64,000 bases of DNA from Gemmataceae bacterium (GTDB lineage: Bacteria > Planctomycetota > Planctomycetia > Gemmatales > Gemmataceae): NCBI GenBank assembly GCA_022616435.1, contig JAKEET010000045.1:18013-82012 (forward strand). The letters are read 5' to 3'. Shown here one piece after another: positions 9,071-18,217 of this stretch. Position 1 is the stretch's first letter. Each line of letters opens with the position of its first letter. Made by a program: the position numbers and the translations under genes. Under the pieces are notes generated by a model. It saw only the letters and a program-made list of their open reading frames with translations, ran no database searches and was not told where the DNA came from.

Positions 9071-10495
9071 GTGCATCGGCGCCTCTTCGTACTGGGTTCC
9101 ATCCTGCTGTTCCTCGCCGCGGCGTGGGCGCGCCGCGGTCCGTCGGCTCAGGAGCCGTTGCCGCGCCGGGTTCCGACCCCTGTACGTTCCAACTTCGAGC
9201 TGCTTGGGGCCGGCTCGTGCGCCGCGCAGGCGTGCCATAACGCCGACCCTTTGAACGGGATGCAAGGCGGGGAATACCGGATCGCCTACGAGCGCGCTTT
9301 CTCGGGAGAGGCGCCGCACGTCAAGGACAAGCATGCTCAGGCGTTCGCAGTGCTTTTTGACGAACGGTCGCAGCGCATCGTTCGCCAGTGGAAAGGGCTG
9401 TCGGCAAGAGACACGGTTCATCCGGAGCGCGAAGCGTTGTGCCTTCGCTGCCACGTGCATCCGGACTACGATCGGCTTCCCGTTCGGTTCGCCGACGGCG
9501 TGGCCCAGTTTCGCCTGGAGGACGGCGTCAGTTGCGAGGCCTGTCACGGTCCGGCACAGCGCTGGCTGGCGGCGCACTTCCGGCCGGGATGGAAGAACCT
9601 GTCCTCCGCGCGCCGCGCCGAGTTCGGCATGACCGACACGCGTTCGTTGGCCGGGCGCGTGCGCATCTGCCTCGATTGTCACGGCGGCCGCCCGGACGCG
9701 CAAGTCGATCACGATCTCATCGCGGCGGGTCATCCGTGGTTGAAGTTCGAAATGGGCGATTATCACGCGCTCTGGCACAAGCATTGGGACGGCGCCAAGG
9801 ACAAGAAGCCCGGCACGGACCGGCGGGGCCGCGCCGACTTCGAGGCCCGCTTGTGGCTGGTGGGCCAGGTCGCATCCGCCAAGGCCGCGCTCGACTTGCT
9901 GGCGGCAAGGGCGCGCGATCCGAAACGTCCGTGGCCGGAATTCGCCGAGCAGGACTGCTTCGCGTGTCACCATGACTTGAGCGCGAAAGCAGGGCCGCCT
10001 GCCGAAGACGCCAGGGCCGGGGCGCCCGCCTGGAACGCGTGGTACACGGCCATGCTGCCCGCCGCGGTCGGCGAAGATGCCGCGAAGCTCGGCAAGCCGC
10101 TTGGCGAGCTGCGAACGCTGATGGCATCGTGGCGGCCGGATCGAGAGCAAGTCGCGGCACATGCTCGGGAGGCCGCCGCCCAGCTCCAGGCGTGGATCGC
10201 GGCGTGGGAACTCCACGAACCCGGGCCGCTCGCCGTCGACGCGATGACGCGACAACTGCTGGCCATGGGCGACGCACGCGCGTCACAGTCCTGGACGACG
10301 GCCGCCCAGTGGCAGCGCGCCCTATCGGGAATGGAGCGGGCGCGTCAGGATATGAAGGTGCCGGCGCCGGCCTGGTCCGTGCGGCTGCCGCTCCTGGAAA
10401 AGGCCCTGCGGCTGCCGCCCGGTTTCGCGAGTCCGCACGGCTACGATGCCGCGGCAGTCCGCGAGATCATCCGGTCCATGCACGAATCCAAGTAG
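9071..10495 (+). CDS. pentaheme cytochrome c, paralog 1 (signal peptide). The start is uncertain: GTG 9071 or 9065, and the longest ORF starts at GTG 8996
   Basis: CAAQACH, CLRCH, CEACH, CLDCH and CFACHH heme motifs. VHRRLFVLGSILLFLAAAWA is signal-like. GAGG precedes the GTG at 9071. It is paralogous to 10504..12072 and 22342..23721 (shared AAGHP[WP]L and DC[FY]ACHHDL blocks). Confidence 0.75.
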   Translation: MHRRLFVLGSILLFLAAAWARRGPSAQEPLPRRVPTPVRSNFELLGAGSCAAQACHNADPLNGMQGGEYRIAYERAFSGEAPHVKDKHAQAFAVLFDERSQRIVRQWKGLSARDTVHPEREALCLRCHVHPDYDRLPVRFADGVAQFRLEDGVSCEACHGPAQRWLAAHFRPGWKNLSSARRAEFGMTDTRSLAGRVRICLDCHGGRPDAQVDHDLIAAGHPWLKFEMGDYHALWHKHWDGAKDKKPGTDRRGRADFEARLWLVGQVASAKAALDLLAARARDPKRPWPEFAEQDCFACHHDLSAKAGPPAEDARAGAPAWNAWYTAMLPAAVGEDAAKLGKPLGELRTLMASWRPDREQVAAHAREAAAQLQAWIAAWELHEPGPLAVDAMTRQLLAMGDARASQSWTTAAQWQRALSGMERARQDMKVPAPAWSVRLPLLEKALRLPPGFASPHGYDAAAVREIIRSMHESK

Positions 10496-10503
10496 GGGGC
10501 GCC

Positions 10504-12072
10504 ATGTCCGCGAAGCTCATTCTCGCCGGCGCGGGTCTCACGTGCCTCGCGGCTTGCTTCTGGCAACCCTCGGCTCTCGAGCGCGCCGGCGCGGGAGACG
10601 GCAAACCGGCGCTCACCTACTTCGGCAACAGCACCTGCGCCGAATGCCACAACGAGGAGAAGATCCCGCCGAAGAAGAAGGTCGATTTCTCCATGCGCAC
10701 GGAGATGCACACCTGGTATCAACTCGACAAGCACAAGGACGCGATGAAGGTGCTGCTCGAGAAGCGCGGGACCCAGATCGCGGCACGCCTGGGCATCAAG
10801 GGCAAGCTGACCGACGGCAAGACCTGGAACAAGGACTGGGATCAGTGCGTGAGCTGCCACGGCGTGGTCGTGCCGCCGGGGGCCAAGCTCGACGCCTCGT
10901 TCGAGGACCACGAGGAACGCATCAGGAGCGGCGTGAGCTGCGTGTTCTGCCACGGCGCCGACGCGCGCTGGGTCGAGAAGCACGCCACCGACATCCTGGG
11001 CACGTGGGCCAAGTCCACGCGCGCGGAAAAGGAAGCCAAGCACGGCCTCGTCGATCTCTGGGACCCCGTGAAGCGCGCCGCCCTGTGCAGCGAATGCCAC
11101 ATCGGCAATGCGCGCAAGGGCAAGGTGGTCACGCACGAAATGTACGCCGCCGGCCATCCGCCCCTGCCCGGCTTCGAGATCCTGGCGTTCAGCGAGGCCA
11201 TGCCGCGGCACTGGGAGACCTGGTCCGAGAAGCTGGCGCGGCTCCCGAAAAACAAGGCGCTGTACGAACATGCCTATGAAACCAAGGCCGAGGCGTTCGA
11301 CGGCGAGCAGGTCCGGCTTCTGAACGTGTCGTCCGTGGTGGCCTTGCGGGCCGCGATGCAATTGGTCCACGATCTGGCCCGCCGGGACATCGACCATCCG
11401 AACGCCAAGGCGCCCGCCTGGCCGGCGCCCGCATGGCCGGAGCTGGCCGCGTTCGATTGCTACGCGTGCCATCACGACCTCAAGTCCGACAGTTGGCGGC
11501 ACCTGCGGACGACCGCGGGCCGGCCCGGCCGCCCGCACCTGCGTCCCTGGCCCAAGGTCTTGCCGGCCAGCGCCGCACGGCAAGCCGCCCAGCACGGCGC
11601 GGCTCCGTTGGCGGACGAATATCACAAACGCCTGAAGGACATGGGCGACGTGTTCGATCAAGCGCCGTTCGGCGACCCGCGCGCCGTCGCCGACAAGGCG
11701 GGCGCCGTGGTGACGTGGTGCGACCAGATGCTGAGCGCGTTGCCGAAGGACCAGGCCGCCGGTCGCAACGTGCTGATGGCCCTCTTGAACCGTCCGAAGG
11801 GGGAACTGCTCGATTTCGATTCGGCCCGGCAAATCGCCTGGGGCGCTCAAACCCTGCTGCCGGTCGTGGTCCCGGAGGCCGGCAAGCGTGCTGAAGTCAA
11901 AGTGCAGCTCGAGGCGCTGCGGCAGCAACTGATGTTGCAGCTTCCCAGAGGGCAAGTGCGCATCGCGGAGGACTTCTTGCCGCAGGTGTTGAAGCGCATC
12001 AGCACGTATGATCCGCGGCAGTTCCAGCAGACCATGGAAGCGCTCGCGGCGGAGGTCTTCCGCGACCGCTAG
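10504..12072 (+). CDS. pentaheme cytochrome c, paralog 2 (signal peptide)
   Basis: MSAKLILAGAGLTCLAACF signal. CAECH, CVSCH, CVFCH, CSECH and CYACHH motifs. A strong SD (AGGGGG) sits 6 nt before the ATG at 10504. The longer 677-aa ORF overlaps the previous gene and is rejected. Confidence 0.85.
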   Translation: MSAKLILAGAGLTCLAACFWQPSALERAGAGDGKPALTYFGNSTCAECHNEEKIPPKKKVDFSMRTEMHTWYQLDKHKDAMKVLLEKRGTQIAARLGIKGKLTDGKTWNKDWDQCVSCHGVVVPPGAKLDASFEDHEERIRSGVSCVFCHGADARWVEKHATDILGTWAKSTRAEKEAKHGLVDLWDPVKRAALCSECHIGNARKGKVVTHEMYAAGHPPLPGFEILAFSEAMPRHWETWSEKLARLPKNKALYEHAYETKAEAFDGEQVRLLNVSSVVALRAAMQLVHDLARRDIDHPNAKAPAWPAPAWPELAAFDCYACHHDLKSDSWRHLRTTAGRPGRPHLRPWPKVLPASAARQAAQHGAAPLADEYHKRLKDMGDVFDQAPFGDPRAVADKAGAVVTWCDQMLSALPKDQAAGRNVLMALLNRPKGELLDFDSARQIAWGAQTLLPVVVPEAGKRAEVKVQLEALRQQLMLQLPRGQVRIAEDFLPQVLKRISTYDPRQFQQTMEALAAEVFRDR

Positions 12073-12075
12073 GTG

Positions 12076-12426
12076 TCAGCGTTCCACCGGCGGCAGCGCC
12101 TTGGGCCCGTCGGTTCGATACGCCCCGGGGCCGCCTTGGTAACGCCGGCCGTGCCACCAGTTCAAGATGACGCGGCGTCGAAACTGCCCGCCTCGGTAAT
12201 CCCAACCCCACGTCCCGTCATGCGCCAGCGGCGCTTCACCCCTGCCCATCGGAGCGCCGCCGCCGACGTAGTACCCCGTGTAGCGGCCCGTGTCCGACGG
12301 CTTCGCGAAACGCGCCGTCGCTGGCCCGAAGCCGGCGCGGCGATGGTTGTCGTAGGAATCGGCAGGTTCGGCGTGAGCCGTCTGAATCATCAACAGCGCC
12401 GCCAGCCCAACAACTGTGTGTTTCAT
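12076..12426 (-). CDS. small secreted Gly/Tyr/Trp-rich hypothetical protein (~116 aa)
   Basis: MKHTVVGLAALLMIQTAHAEP signal peptide with cat at 12424-12426. The mature part is YYVGGGAPMGRGE...WGWDYRGGQFRRRVILNWWHGRRYQGGPGAYRTD. The opposite-strand 849-aa ORF is antisense junk. Confidence 0.5.
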   Translation of the reverse strand: MKHTVVGLAALLMIQTAHAEPADSYDNHRRAGFGPATARFAKPSDTGRYTGYYVGGGAPMGRGEAPLAHDGTWGWDYRGGQFRRRVILNWWHGRRYQGGPGAYRTDGPKALPPVER

Positions 12427-12536
12427 CGCGATCTCCTGCGTGGAACTCGCGCCGCCGGCGAGCGGCGCGGCGTAAGCCCGACGTGTCAGCATCTCACGAC
12501 GCGCCGGCATCCCACAATCCACGACCGCGTCGCGTC

Positions 12537-12631
12537 CACGGCGGGCTTACGCCGCGCCGCTCGCCTCTTCACGGCGGGCTTACGCCGCGCCGCTCGCCTC
12601 TTCACGGCGGGCTTACGCCGCGCCGCTCGCC
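12537..12631. repeat. tandem direct repeat, 3 x 33 bp (CACGGCGGGCTTACGCCGCGCCGCTCGCCTCTT), REP family B-related. It is not a CRISPR array because the units are adjacent with no spacers
   Basis: The units are identical and adjacent. They are located 3' of the stop of 12640..14559 on the minus strand. The ORF 12483..12692 (HGGLTPRRSPL x3) is a translation artefact of this repeat. Confidence 0.8.
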
Positions 12632-12639
12632 AAGCAGCG

Positions 12640-14559
12640 CTATCGTTCCGGGTTCCGCGGGAGCTTCAAATACGGCGGCCGGATGCCGCTGATGAAGAAC
12701 CGATCGACGCGGATCGCCGCCGGCGCGGAGTAGCCCTTGATGCCGAAGAACGTGACGACATCGTCCTGATCGACGCCGTCGCCGGAGACGCCGAACCCGC
12801 CCACGAGGATCGACTTCTTGTAGACGCCGGAGCTGCCGGGGAAGAAGACGACGCCGTTCTGGTTTTCCGGAATCCCCGGATCGCGGAAGTTCGTCCCGGG
12901 ATTGAACGCGTCAAAGCCCAGCACCGACGTGTGCGCCGCGACCGGCTGGATCGCGCCGACTTGCAGCCCGGTGATGCGGTTGGCGCCGGGATCGTTGAGG
13001 ATCGAGAACGGGCCCGGCGGCGCGCCGCTGACGCTGATCGGAAAGCGCGGATGCGACACGTACCGGAACGTGCGCGCCGTGAAGGCCACGCCCTTGGGCA
13101 ACAACTGATCCTCCGGCTGGATCGCGGCCGGGTCGTTGTAGTACGCCAGGTTGCGGGCCTTGGCGACGGCGACGTCGATCGAGAACACGGTCGCGTCCGG
13201 CATGCGATACAGGCCGAGCACCTCGCCCGTGGAATCGGTGACCGCGAAGACCATGCGGGTCCGTTCGTCCCTGGGCAGACGGATCTGGGCGCGGACGCGT
13301 TGCGCTTCTTGAATCGCCTGGCGGATGATGCGGCGCACCTCGGCGGCTTTGATGCCGGCCCCGGCATGCGGCCTGACCAGAAAGCCGGAGGGGACCGTTG
13401 CGCCGGCCTTGAACGGATCGCCCGCGGAATCAACCGGCTGGAAGCTCGCGCCTGCGAGCGTCCCCAGGCCGATGCCGAAATTGGCCTTGGCGAACGCGAC
13501 CAGGTTGGCGGGCCCGCGGTCGCCGCCGGGGCCGATCACGTCCAGCGTGATGCCGACCAGGTCGATGCGGCCATGGGGAATCGTGAAGCCCCGGAGCGCC
13601 GGGATGCCGCCGAGCGCGCCGACGGGGAAGCCGGCCGCCTTGCTGCCTCCCGCGGCGGCCAGGCCGATGAACTCGGCTTCGAGCGTGCGGTCCGGCCTGG
13701 TCGGATCGAAATCGGCGCTGAGCTTCGAGTTTTCTTCGCTGGCGAAGCCGGTGTCGCCGGGGAAGAACACGCCGATGCCGCCGACCAGCGTCCCGTGCTT
13801 GTAGATCGGGATGCCGCCGGGCAAGGTGGCGATGCCGCGCGATTGGTAGTGGTTGAGCGCCGACAGCCGATCGGCGGCGCTGAGGATGTACTCGCCGTAC
13901 GACAGGGGCGGGTCGATCTCCTTGCCGGCGGGGATGAATGCGGGGTTCACGTTGAAGCGGCTCGGCAGGGGCACGTCGTCGGCTGTGCCCTTCACGTGGT
14001 CGGCGCCGGGGTGCAGGATGCTGTCGCGGTTGCTGTGCTCGATGGCGAACAGGTCCACCTGCGGCGTGAACGCGACGTTCGGCGGGAAGTGGCCCTTGAC
14101 GCCGATGGGCGCGACGAAGCCGGGCCCGCGTTCCAGCGGATCGGTGAGGTTGGGGTTCGACTTGACTTCGCGTTCGGTGATGGTGGTCTGGCTGATGAAC
14201 TGGATGGTGCGCGAAGTCAAGGGAACGGTGTCATTGGCGAAGAACGCCGCGGTGCGCGCCTTGGCGATGGCGCCGTCGATGGCGAAGGCCTTGGTGTCCA
14301 GATCGGCCAGCAGCGCCGCGGAGACGCCGCCCTCCGTCAACACGCCCAGCAGATTGCCGCCGCGATCGACGATGGCGATGATGGCGTCGTCGCTGGCCGT
14401 CGCGACCGCGGCGCGGGCCAGCAGCCGGAACACGTTCGCCTCGGTCAGCACCGGCGGCGTCAGCGCGTTCTGGCTGGAAACCAGCGCCGGCACCGCACGA
14501 TCCTCGAGGGATTCGACGCTCAGCGGCGATCGACGGCGCGGACTCATGCTGGACGACAT
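12640..14559 (-). CDS. secreted protein with two GlcG/HbpS-like (DUF336, heme-binding) domains. The N-terminus carries an SVESLEDRAVPA motif instead of a hydrophobic signal peptide
   Basis: Two copies of the ...AIAKARTAAFF... / ...AVAKARNLAYYN... signature typical of GlcG/HbpS. The ATG at 14557-14559 is preceded by AGGAAGAGGAG, and the track ORF starts at the upstream TTG 14580. The stop is 17 bp downstream of the BBP7-like gene, so they are probably co-transcribed. Confidence 0.55.
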   Translation of the reverse strand: MSSSMSPRRRSPLSVESLEDRAVPALVSSQNALTPPVLTEANVFRLLARAAVATASDDAIIAIVDRGGNLLGVLTEGGVSAALLADLDTKAFAIDGAIAKARTAAFFANDTVPLTSRTIQFISQTTITEREVKSNPNLTDPLERGPGFVAPIGVKGHFPPNVAFTPQVDLFAIEHSNRDSILHPGADHVKGTADDVPLPSRFNVNPAFIPAGKEIDPPLSYGEYILSAADRLSALNHYQSRGIATLPGGIPIYKHGTLVGGIGVFFPGDTGFASEENSKLSADFDPTRPDRTLEAEFIGLAAAGGSKAAGFPVGALGGIPALRGFTIPHGRIDLVGITLDVIGPGGDRGPANLVAFAKANFGIGLGTLAGASFQPVDSAGDPFKAGATVPSGFLVRPHAGAGIKAAEVRRIIRQAIQEAQRVRAQIRLPRDERTRMVFAVTDSTGEVLGLYRMPDATVFSIDVAVAKARNLAYYNDPAAIQPEDQLLPKGVAFTARTFRYVSHPRFPISVSGAPPGPFSILNDPGANRITGLQVGAIQPVAAHTSVLGFDAFNPGTNFRDPGIPENQNGVVFFPGSSGVYKKSILVGGFGVSGDGVDQDDVVTFFGIKGYSAPAAIRVDRFFISGIRPPYLKLPRNPER

Positions 14560-14576
14560 CAAGTCACTCCTCTTCC

Positions 14577-15818
14577 TCAATACCGAAACTCAAACCCCCA
14601 GATCATCCCCTGCGCCCAGTAGTCCGAAGTCCGGAACGCCATGACCGGCTGCCGCGGCGTCGCCGGGCCGCCGAACGAGGCGCTCGTCGGGATCAGGTTG
14701 GGGTTCAGATTGCGGTCGATCTGCTCGCCGGGGCGGACCACGTCGCTCCAGTAGAGGAACGTGTACCCGCCGAACACGGTCAGCCGTTCGCTGATCCGCA
14801 GGCCGAGCTTGGCGCTCACCTCGGGAACCACGGCGAACGAGTCACGCGAGCACCTGCCGGAGTTCGTCGCCAGCGCGAACAACCCCGCCGGCTCGTCGGT
14901 CACCGGCGTCGTATCGATGATCGTTCGGCCGCGAACCAGGATTGTCTCGCGGACGTTGCCGAGCGCGACCTTCGACATCACCTGGAAGGTGAAACGCTTG
15001 TAGTGCAGGTCGATGCCGGCGCCCACCTGGCCGCCGAAGAAGTCGTTGTCCGCCTCGAAACGATCGAGCACGCTGACGCGGCGGCCGGCCAGCGGCCCCG
15101 CGGCCGGCGCCAGGGCCGTGCTTTCGGCGATGCTCAGTTCCTCGTCCAGGTCGAGATAGCGCAGACCGGCGAACACCGTCACATGGCAGCGTTCGCCATT
15201 GCGGAGGACGTGCTGCAGATTCAGCTCGGCCCCTTGCAGGAAACTGTCGGCGTCCACGGCGATGCTGCCGATGGCCGTGCCGGGGAAGCTCACCAGCGAG
15301 CTGTCTTCGCGCCTGTTGACGGCGTCGAAGAACGGCCGCGCCAGGATCGGGCTGCCGGGCGACGCCCGCGTGGGGCCGACGTCGCGGGCGCCGAGCAGGA
15401 AATAACTAGCGGCCAGCGACCACTCGTCGGCGGTCCCGAGCGCCATGACCACCGTGAATCGGCCGCCGTGGCGTTCCTCGAAATCGATGGCGTCGCCGTA
15501 CAGGATGCGCGTGAACTGCCTGCCCACCGCGCCTGGTCGCGGGTCCGACGTCGGCCCGGTCGTCAAGAGCGGCGGGATGCGGTCGTTCTTCGTGAACATC
15601 AAGAGGTAGTCGCCGAGGAAGCGCCAGCGGTGTTGGGCGGGTTCTTCCGCATGGATCACCGCCGCGGCTTCGTCCGTGGAAGGCGCGGCAGCTTCCGACG
15701 TTTCTTCCAGATTGCGACCCCAGGGCGGAACCAGCGCCGACTCCTGCGCGCAGACCTGACGCGGCTGCCACAGGAGCAGCACGAGAAGCAGCCAGAAACG
15801 CCGCCGGCCTTGACGCAT
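14577..15818 (-). CDS. outer-membrane β-barrel protein, BBP7-like (Planctomycete family)
   Basis: MRQGRRRFWLLLVLLLWQPRQVCAQE signal with cat at 15816-15818. Alternating amphipathic β-strands and a C-terminal ...GFEFRY. It is paralogous to 25602..26813, which ends ...QFNLRY. The 466-aa ORF has an implausible N-extension. Confidence 0.6.
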   Translation of the reverse strand: MRQGRRRFWLLLVLLLWQPRQVCAQESALVPPWGRNLEETSEAAAPSTDEAAAVIHAEEPAQHRWRFLGDYLLMFTKNDRIPPLLTTGPTSDPRPGAVGRQFTRILYGDAIDFEERHGGRFTVVMALGTADEWSLAASYFLLGARDVGPTRASPGSPILARPFFDAVNRREDSSLVSFPGTAIGSIAVDADSFLQGAELNLQHVLRNGERCHVTVFAGLRYLDLDEELSIAESTALAPAAGPLAGRRVSVLDRFEADNDFFGGQVGAGIDLHYKRFTFQVMSKVALGNVRETILVRGRTIIDTTPVTDEPAGLFALATNSGRCSRDSFAVVPEVSAKLGLRISERLTVFGGYTFLYWSDVVRPGEQIDRNLNPNLIPTSASFGGPATPRQPVMAFRTSDYWAQGMIWGFEFRY

Positions 15819-16180
15819 GACCGTCGTTCTACGATGGCGAGTTTGGGCAAAGGGTTCCCGACCTGCGGGTTGTATCGGCAGGCGGAAACCGATGCCTGAA
15901 GATGATCGCATTGCGTTCGAAATGCGTTGCGCGATGACGACACACGAGGCGCAACGCATTTTTCCGTGGTATGACACAACCTATTGCTGAGAACCATCTT
16001 AATTCGTCGCGCCGCGAAGTGAGCGCGGCGCGACGCATTTCTCGAGGCGCCTGGACTCCCGGTGCGACGTTATCCAGATTGCCCAGATTGTGAGATCGGC
16101 ACATTCGGGAGATTCGTCAAGGAATCCTTCGGCGGGCGACGATACCTGGAGAGGACGGGAAGTCTTGTCACAGGGCAGCG

Positions 16181-18217
16181 ATGGTGCGCATGGGCGGCTG
16201 CGGGAACAGATCGCGCCGGAACCGATCGCCGTGGATCGCCGGGCTCGGCCTGAGCATCTGCTTGGCCGGCGGGTGGTGCATCGGCCGCGCCCAACCTACC
16301 GACCTGCCGCCGTCCGACCGGCGGCACTCGACCCATCTCGAGGACACAGCCACTGCTCGGGCGGCCGCCGCGCCGGACTCCGAACCGGGCAACGATCGGA
16401 AAACCCCCGAGGAAGCTCCTGCGCCGGCATCGGCCCATAACAATCCGACATTCGGCTACGTGGAAGAAGAGTCCGAAAGCGCCCCGCCCGAAAGCGCCCC
16501 GCCCGAAGCGCCGCAGGTCGAGCCGATCGCCGCCCCGTTCCGCACGCCCATCGACGCCCCGCTCGGCTTTACCGGCCGGTCGGGCGTGCTGCCGCGCGAA
16601 GGGCAGACCGATCCGCGCTTCGTGCCGATGGAGGATCGCTGGCGCATCGGCTTCCCGGAGTGGGACCGCTACGGCAAGGGCCATCCGCCCGTGGACGATT
16701 ATCCCTACGTCACCGGCCGCCGCATCGACCCGTACAATCAAAACGTCCTCAAGGGCGACTTCCCGATCCTCGGCCAGAACACGTTCCTGACGATCACCGG
16801 CACGAGCCGGTCGATCTTCGAGTACCGCGAAGTCCCCATCCCGACGACGCCGTTCGAAACCACGGTCAATCCGGACAGCTTTGCCTTCTTCGGCCGGCCG
16901 AATCAGTTCGCGTACCTGCACTTCTTCGCCTTGTCGCTGGACCTGTTTCACGGCGACGCCGCCTTTCGGCCGGTCGACTGGCGCGTCAAGGTGACGCCGC
17001 TCTTCAACGTCAACTATCTCGCCGGGCAGGAAGTGGCGGTGGTGAGCCCCAACGTCCGCCGCGGCGTCGATCGCGGCCGAAGCTGGTTTGCCCTGGAAGA
17101 GTGGTTCATCGAGACCAAGCTCGCCGACCTGGGCCCCAACTACGACTTCGTCTCGATCCGGGCCGGCGCGCAGCCGTTCCTCAGCGATTTCCGCGGTTTT
17201 GTTTTCAGCGACATCAACCGCGGCGTCCGCCTGTTCGGCAACCACAACTCGAACCGGCAGCAGTTCAACGTCGCCTTCTTCGATCAGCTCGAAAAGGACA
17301 CGAACTCCGGCCTGAACACGTTCGACAGCCGCCAGCAGCGCGTCCTCATCGCCAACTACTTCGTGCAGGACTTCATCTTCCCCGGCTACACGGCCCAGTG
17401 GAGCATGCACTACAACCACGACGATCCGTCGTTCCACTTCGACAAGAACGATTTTCTGGTGCGGCCCGATCCGGTCGGCGTGTTCCAGCCGCACGGGCTG
17501 GACGTGGTCTACCTGGGCTGGACCGGCGACGGCCACATCAACCGCATCAACATCAATCACGCGTTCTACTGGGCGTTCGGCCGCGATTCGCTGAACCCGA
17601 TCGCCAACCAGGGGCAGGACATCAGCGCCCAGATGGGGGCGATCGAATTGTCGTACGACCGCGATTGGATTCGTTTTCGGACGTCGTTCCTGTGGTCGTC
17701 CGGCGACGACGACCCGCGCAACAGCCACGCCACCGGGTTCGACGGCATCTTCGACAACCCGAACTTCGCCGGCGGCGAGTTCAGCTACTGGCAGCGGCAG
17801 GCGGTGCGGCTGTTCGGCGTGAACCTGGTGAATCGCGAGAGCATTTTTCCGAATCTGCGCGCGAGCAAGATCGAAGGCCAGAGCAACTTCGTGAACCCCG
17901 GCCTGTTCCTGGTCAACGTCGGCGCCGACTTCGAGATCACGCCGAAGCTGCGGCTGATCACCAACGCGAACCTGTTGTGGTTCGAGAACACCGAGGTGTT
18001 GAAGACCTTCGTCTTCCAGGAACGCATCGAGCGGCACATCGGCGCCGATTTGAGCGCGGGCGTGGAGTACCGGCCGTTCCTCAACAACAACGTGATCTGC
18101 AACTTCGGTTTTTCGAGCCTGCTTCCCGGACAGGGCTTCAACGACCTCTACGACAACATCCGCGCCGAACGCGGCCCGCTGGTGGCGGCGTTCGTGGATT
18201 TAATTTTGACGTATTGA
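16181..18217 (+). CDS. large outer-membrane β-barrel protein (putative porin), immediately upstream of and translationally coupled to a multiheme cytochrome
   Basis: Signal peptide. Many amphipathic aromatic-rich strands (FLTITGTSRSIFEYREV; VLIANYFVQDFIFPGYTAQWSMHY; LDVVYLGWTGDGHINRININHAFYWAFG; GLFLVNVGADFEITPKLRLITNANLLWFE) and a C-terminal aromatic residue. The stop TGA 18215-18217 overlaps the ATG 18217-18219 of the next gene. Confidence 0.6.
   Translation: MVRMGGCGNRSRRNRSPWIAGLGLSICLAGGWCIGRAQPTDLPPSDRRHSTHLEDTATARAAAAPDSEPGNDRKTPEEAPAPASAHNNPTFGYVEEESESAPPESAPPEAPQVEPIAAPFRTPIDAPLGFTGRSGVLPREGQTDPRFVPMEDRWRIGFPEWDRYGKGHPPVDDYPYVTGRRIDPYNQNVLKGDFPILGQNTFLTITGTSRSIFEYREVPIPTTPFETTVNPDSFAFFGRPNQFAYLHFFALSLDLFHGDAAFRPVDWRVKVTPLFNVNYLAGQEVAVVSPNVRRGVDRGRSWFALEEWFIETKLADLGPNYDFVSIRAGAQPFLSDFRGFVFSDINRGVRLFGNHNSNRQQFNVAFFDQLEKDTNSGLNTFDSRQQRVLIANYFVQDFIFPGYTAQWSMHYNHDDPSFHFDKNDFLVRPDPVGVFQPHGLDVVYLGWTGDGHINRININHAFYWAFGRDSLNPIANQGQDISAQMGAIELSYDRDWIRFRTSFLWSSGDDDPRNSHATGFDGIFDNPNFAGGEFSYWQRQAVRLFGVNLVNRESIFPNLRASKIEGQSNFVNPGLFLVNVGADFEITPKLRLITNANLLWFENTEVLKTFVFQERIERHIGADLSAGVEYRPFLNNNVICNFGFSSLLPGQGFNDLYDNIRAERGPLVAAFVDLILTY

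Noticed and set aside
12537-12631. Possible CRISPR array
   Set aside because: There are only three adjacent identical 33-bp units with no spacers and no cas genes. It belongs to the REP family seen elsewhere.
12073-14622. 849-aa + strand ORF and the HGGLTPRRSPL-repeat ORF 12483..12692
   Set aside because: The first is antisense to the GlcG-domain gene. The second is a translation of the 33-bp tandem REP repeat.
16070-18037. 655-aa - strand ORF, and the 1850-aa track ORF starting at 16660
   Set aside because: The first is antisense to the porin-like gene. The second is an out-of-frame upstream extension of the giant cytochrome, whose real start at ATG 18217 overlaps the porin stop.
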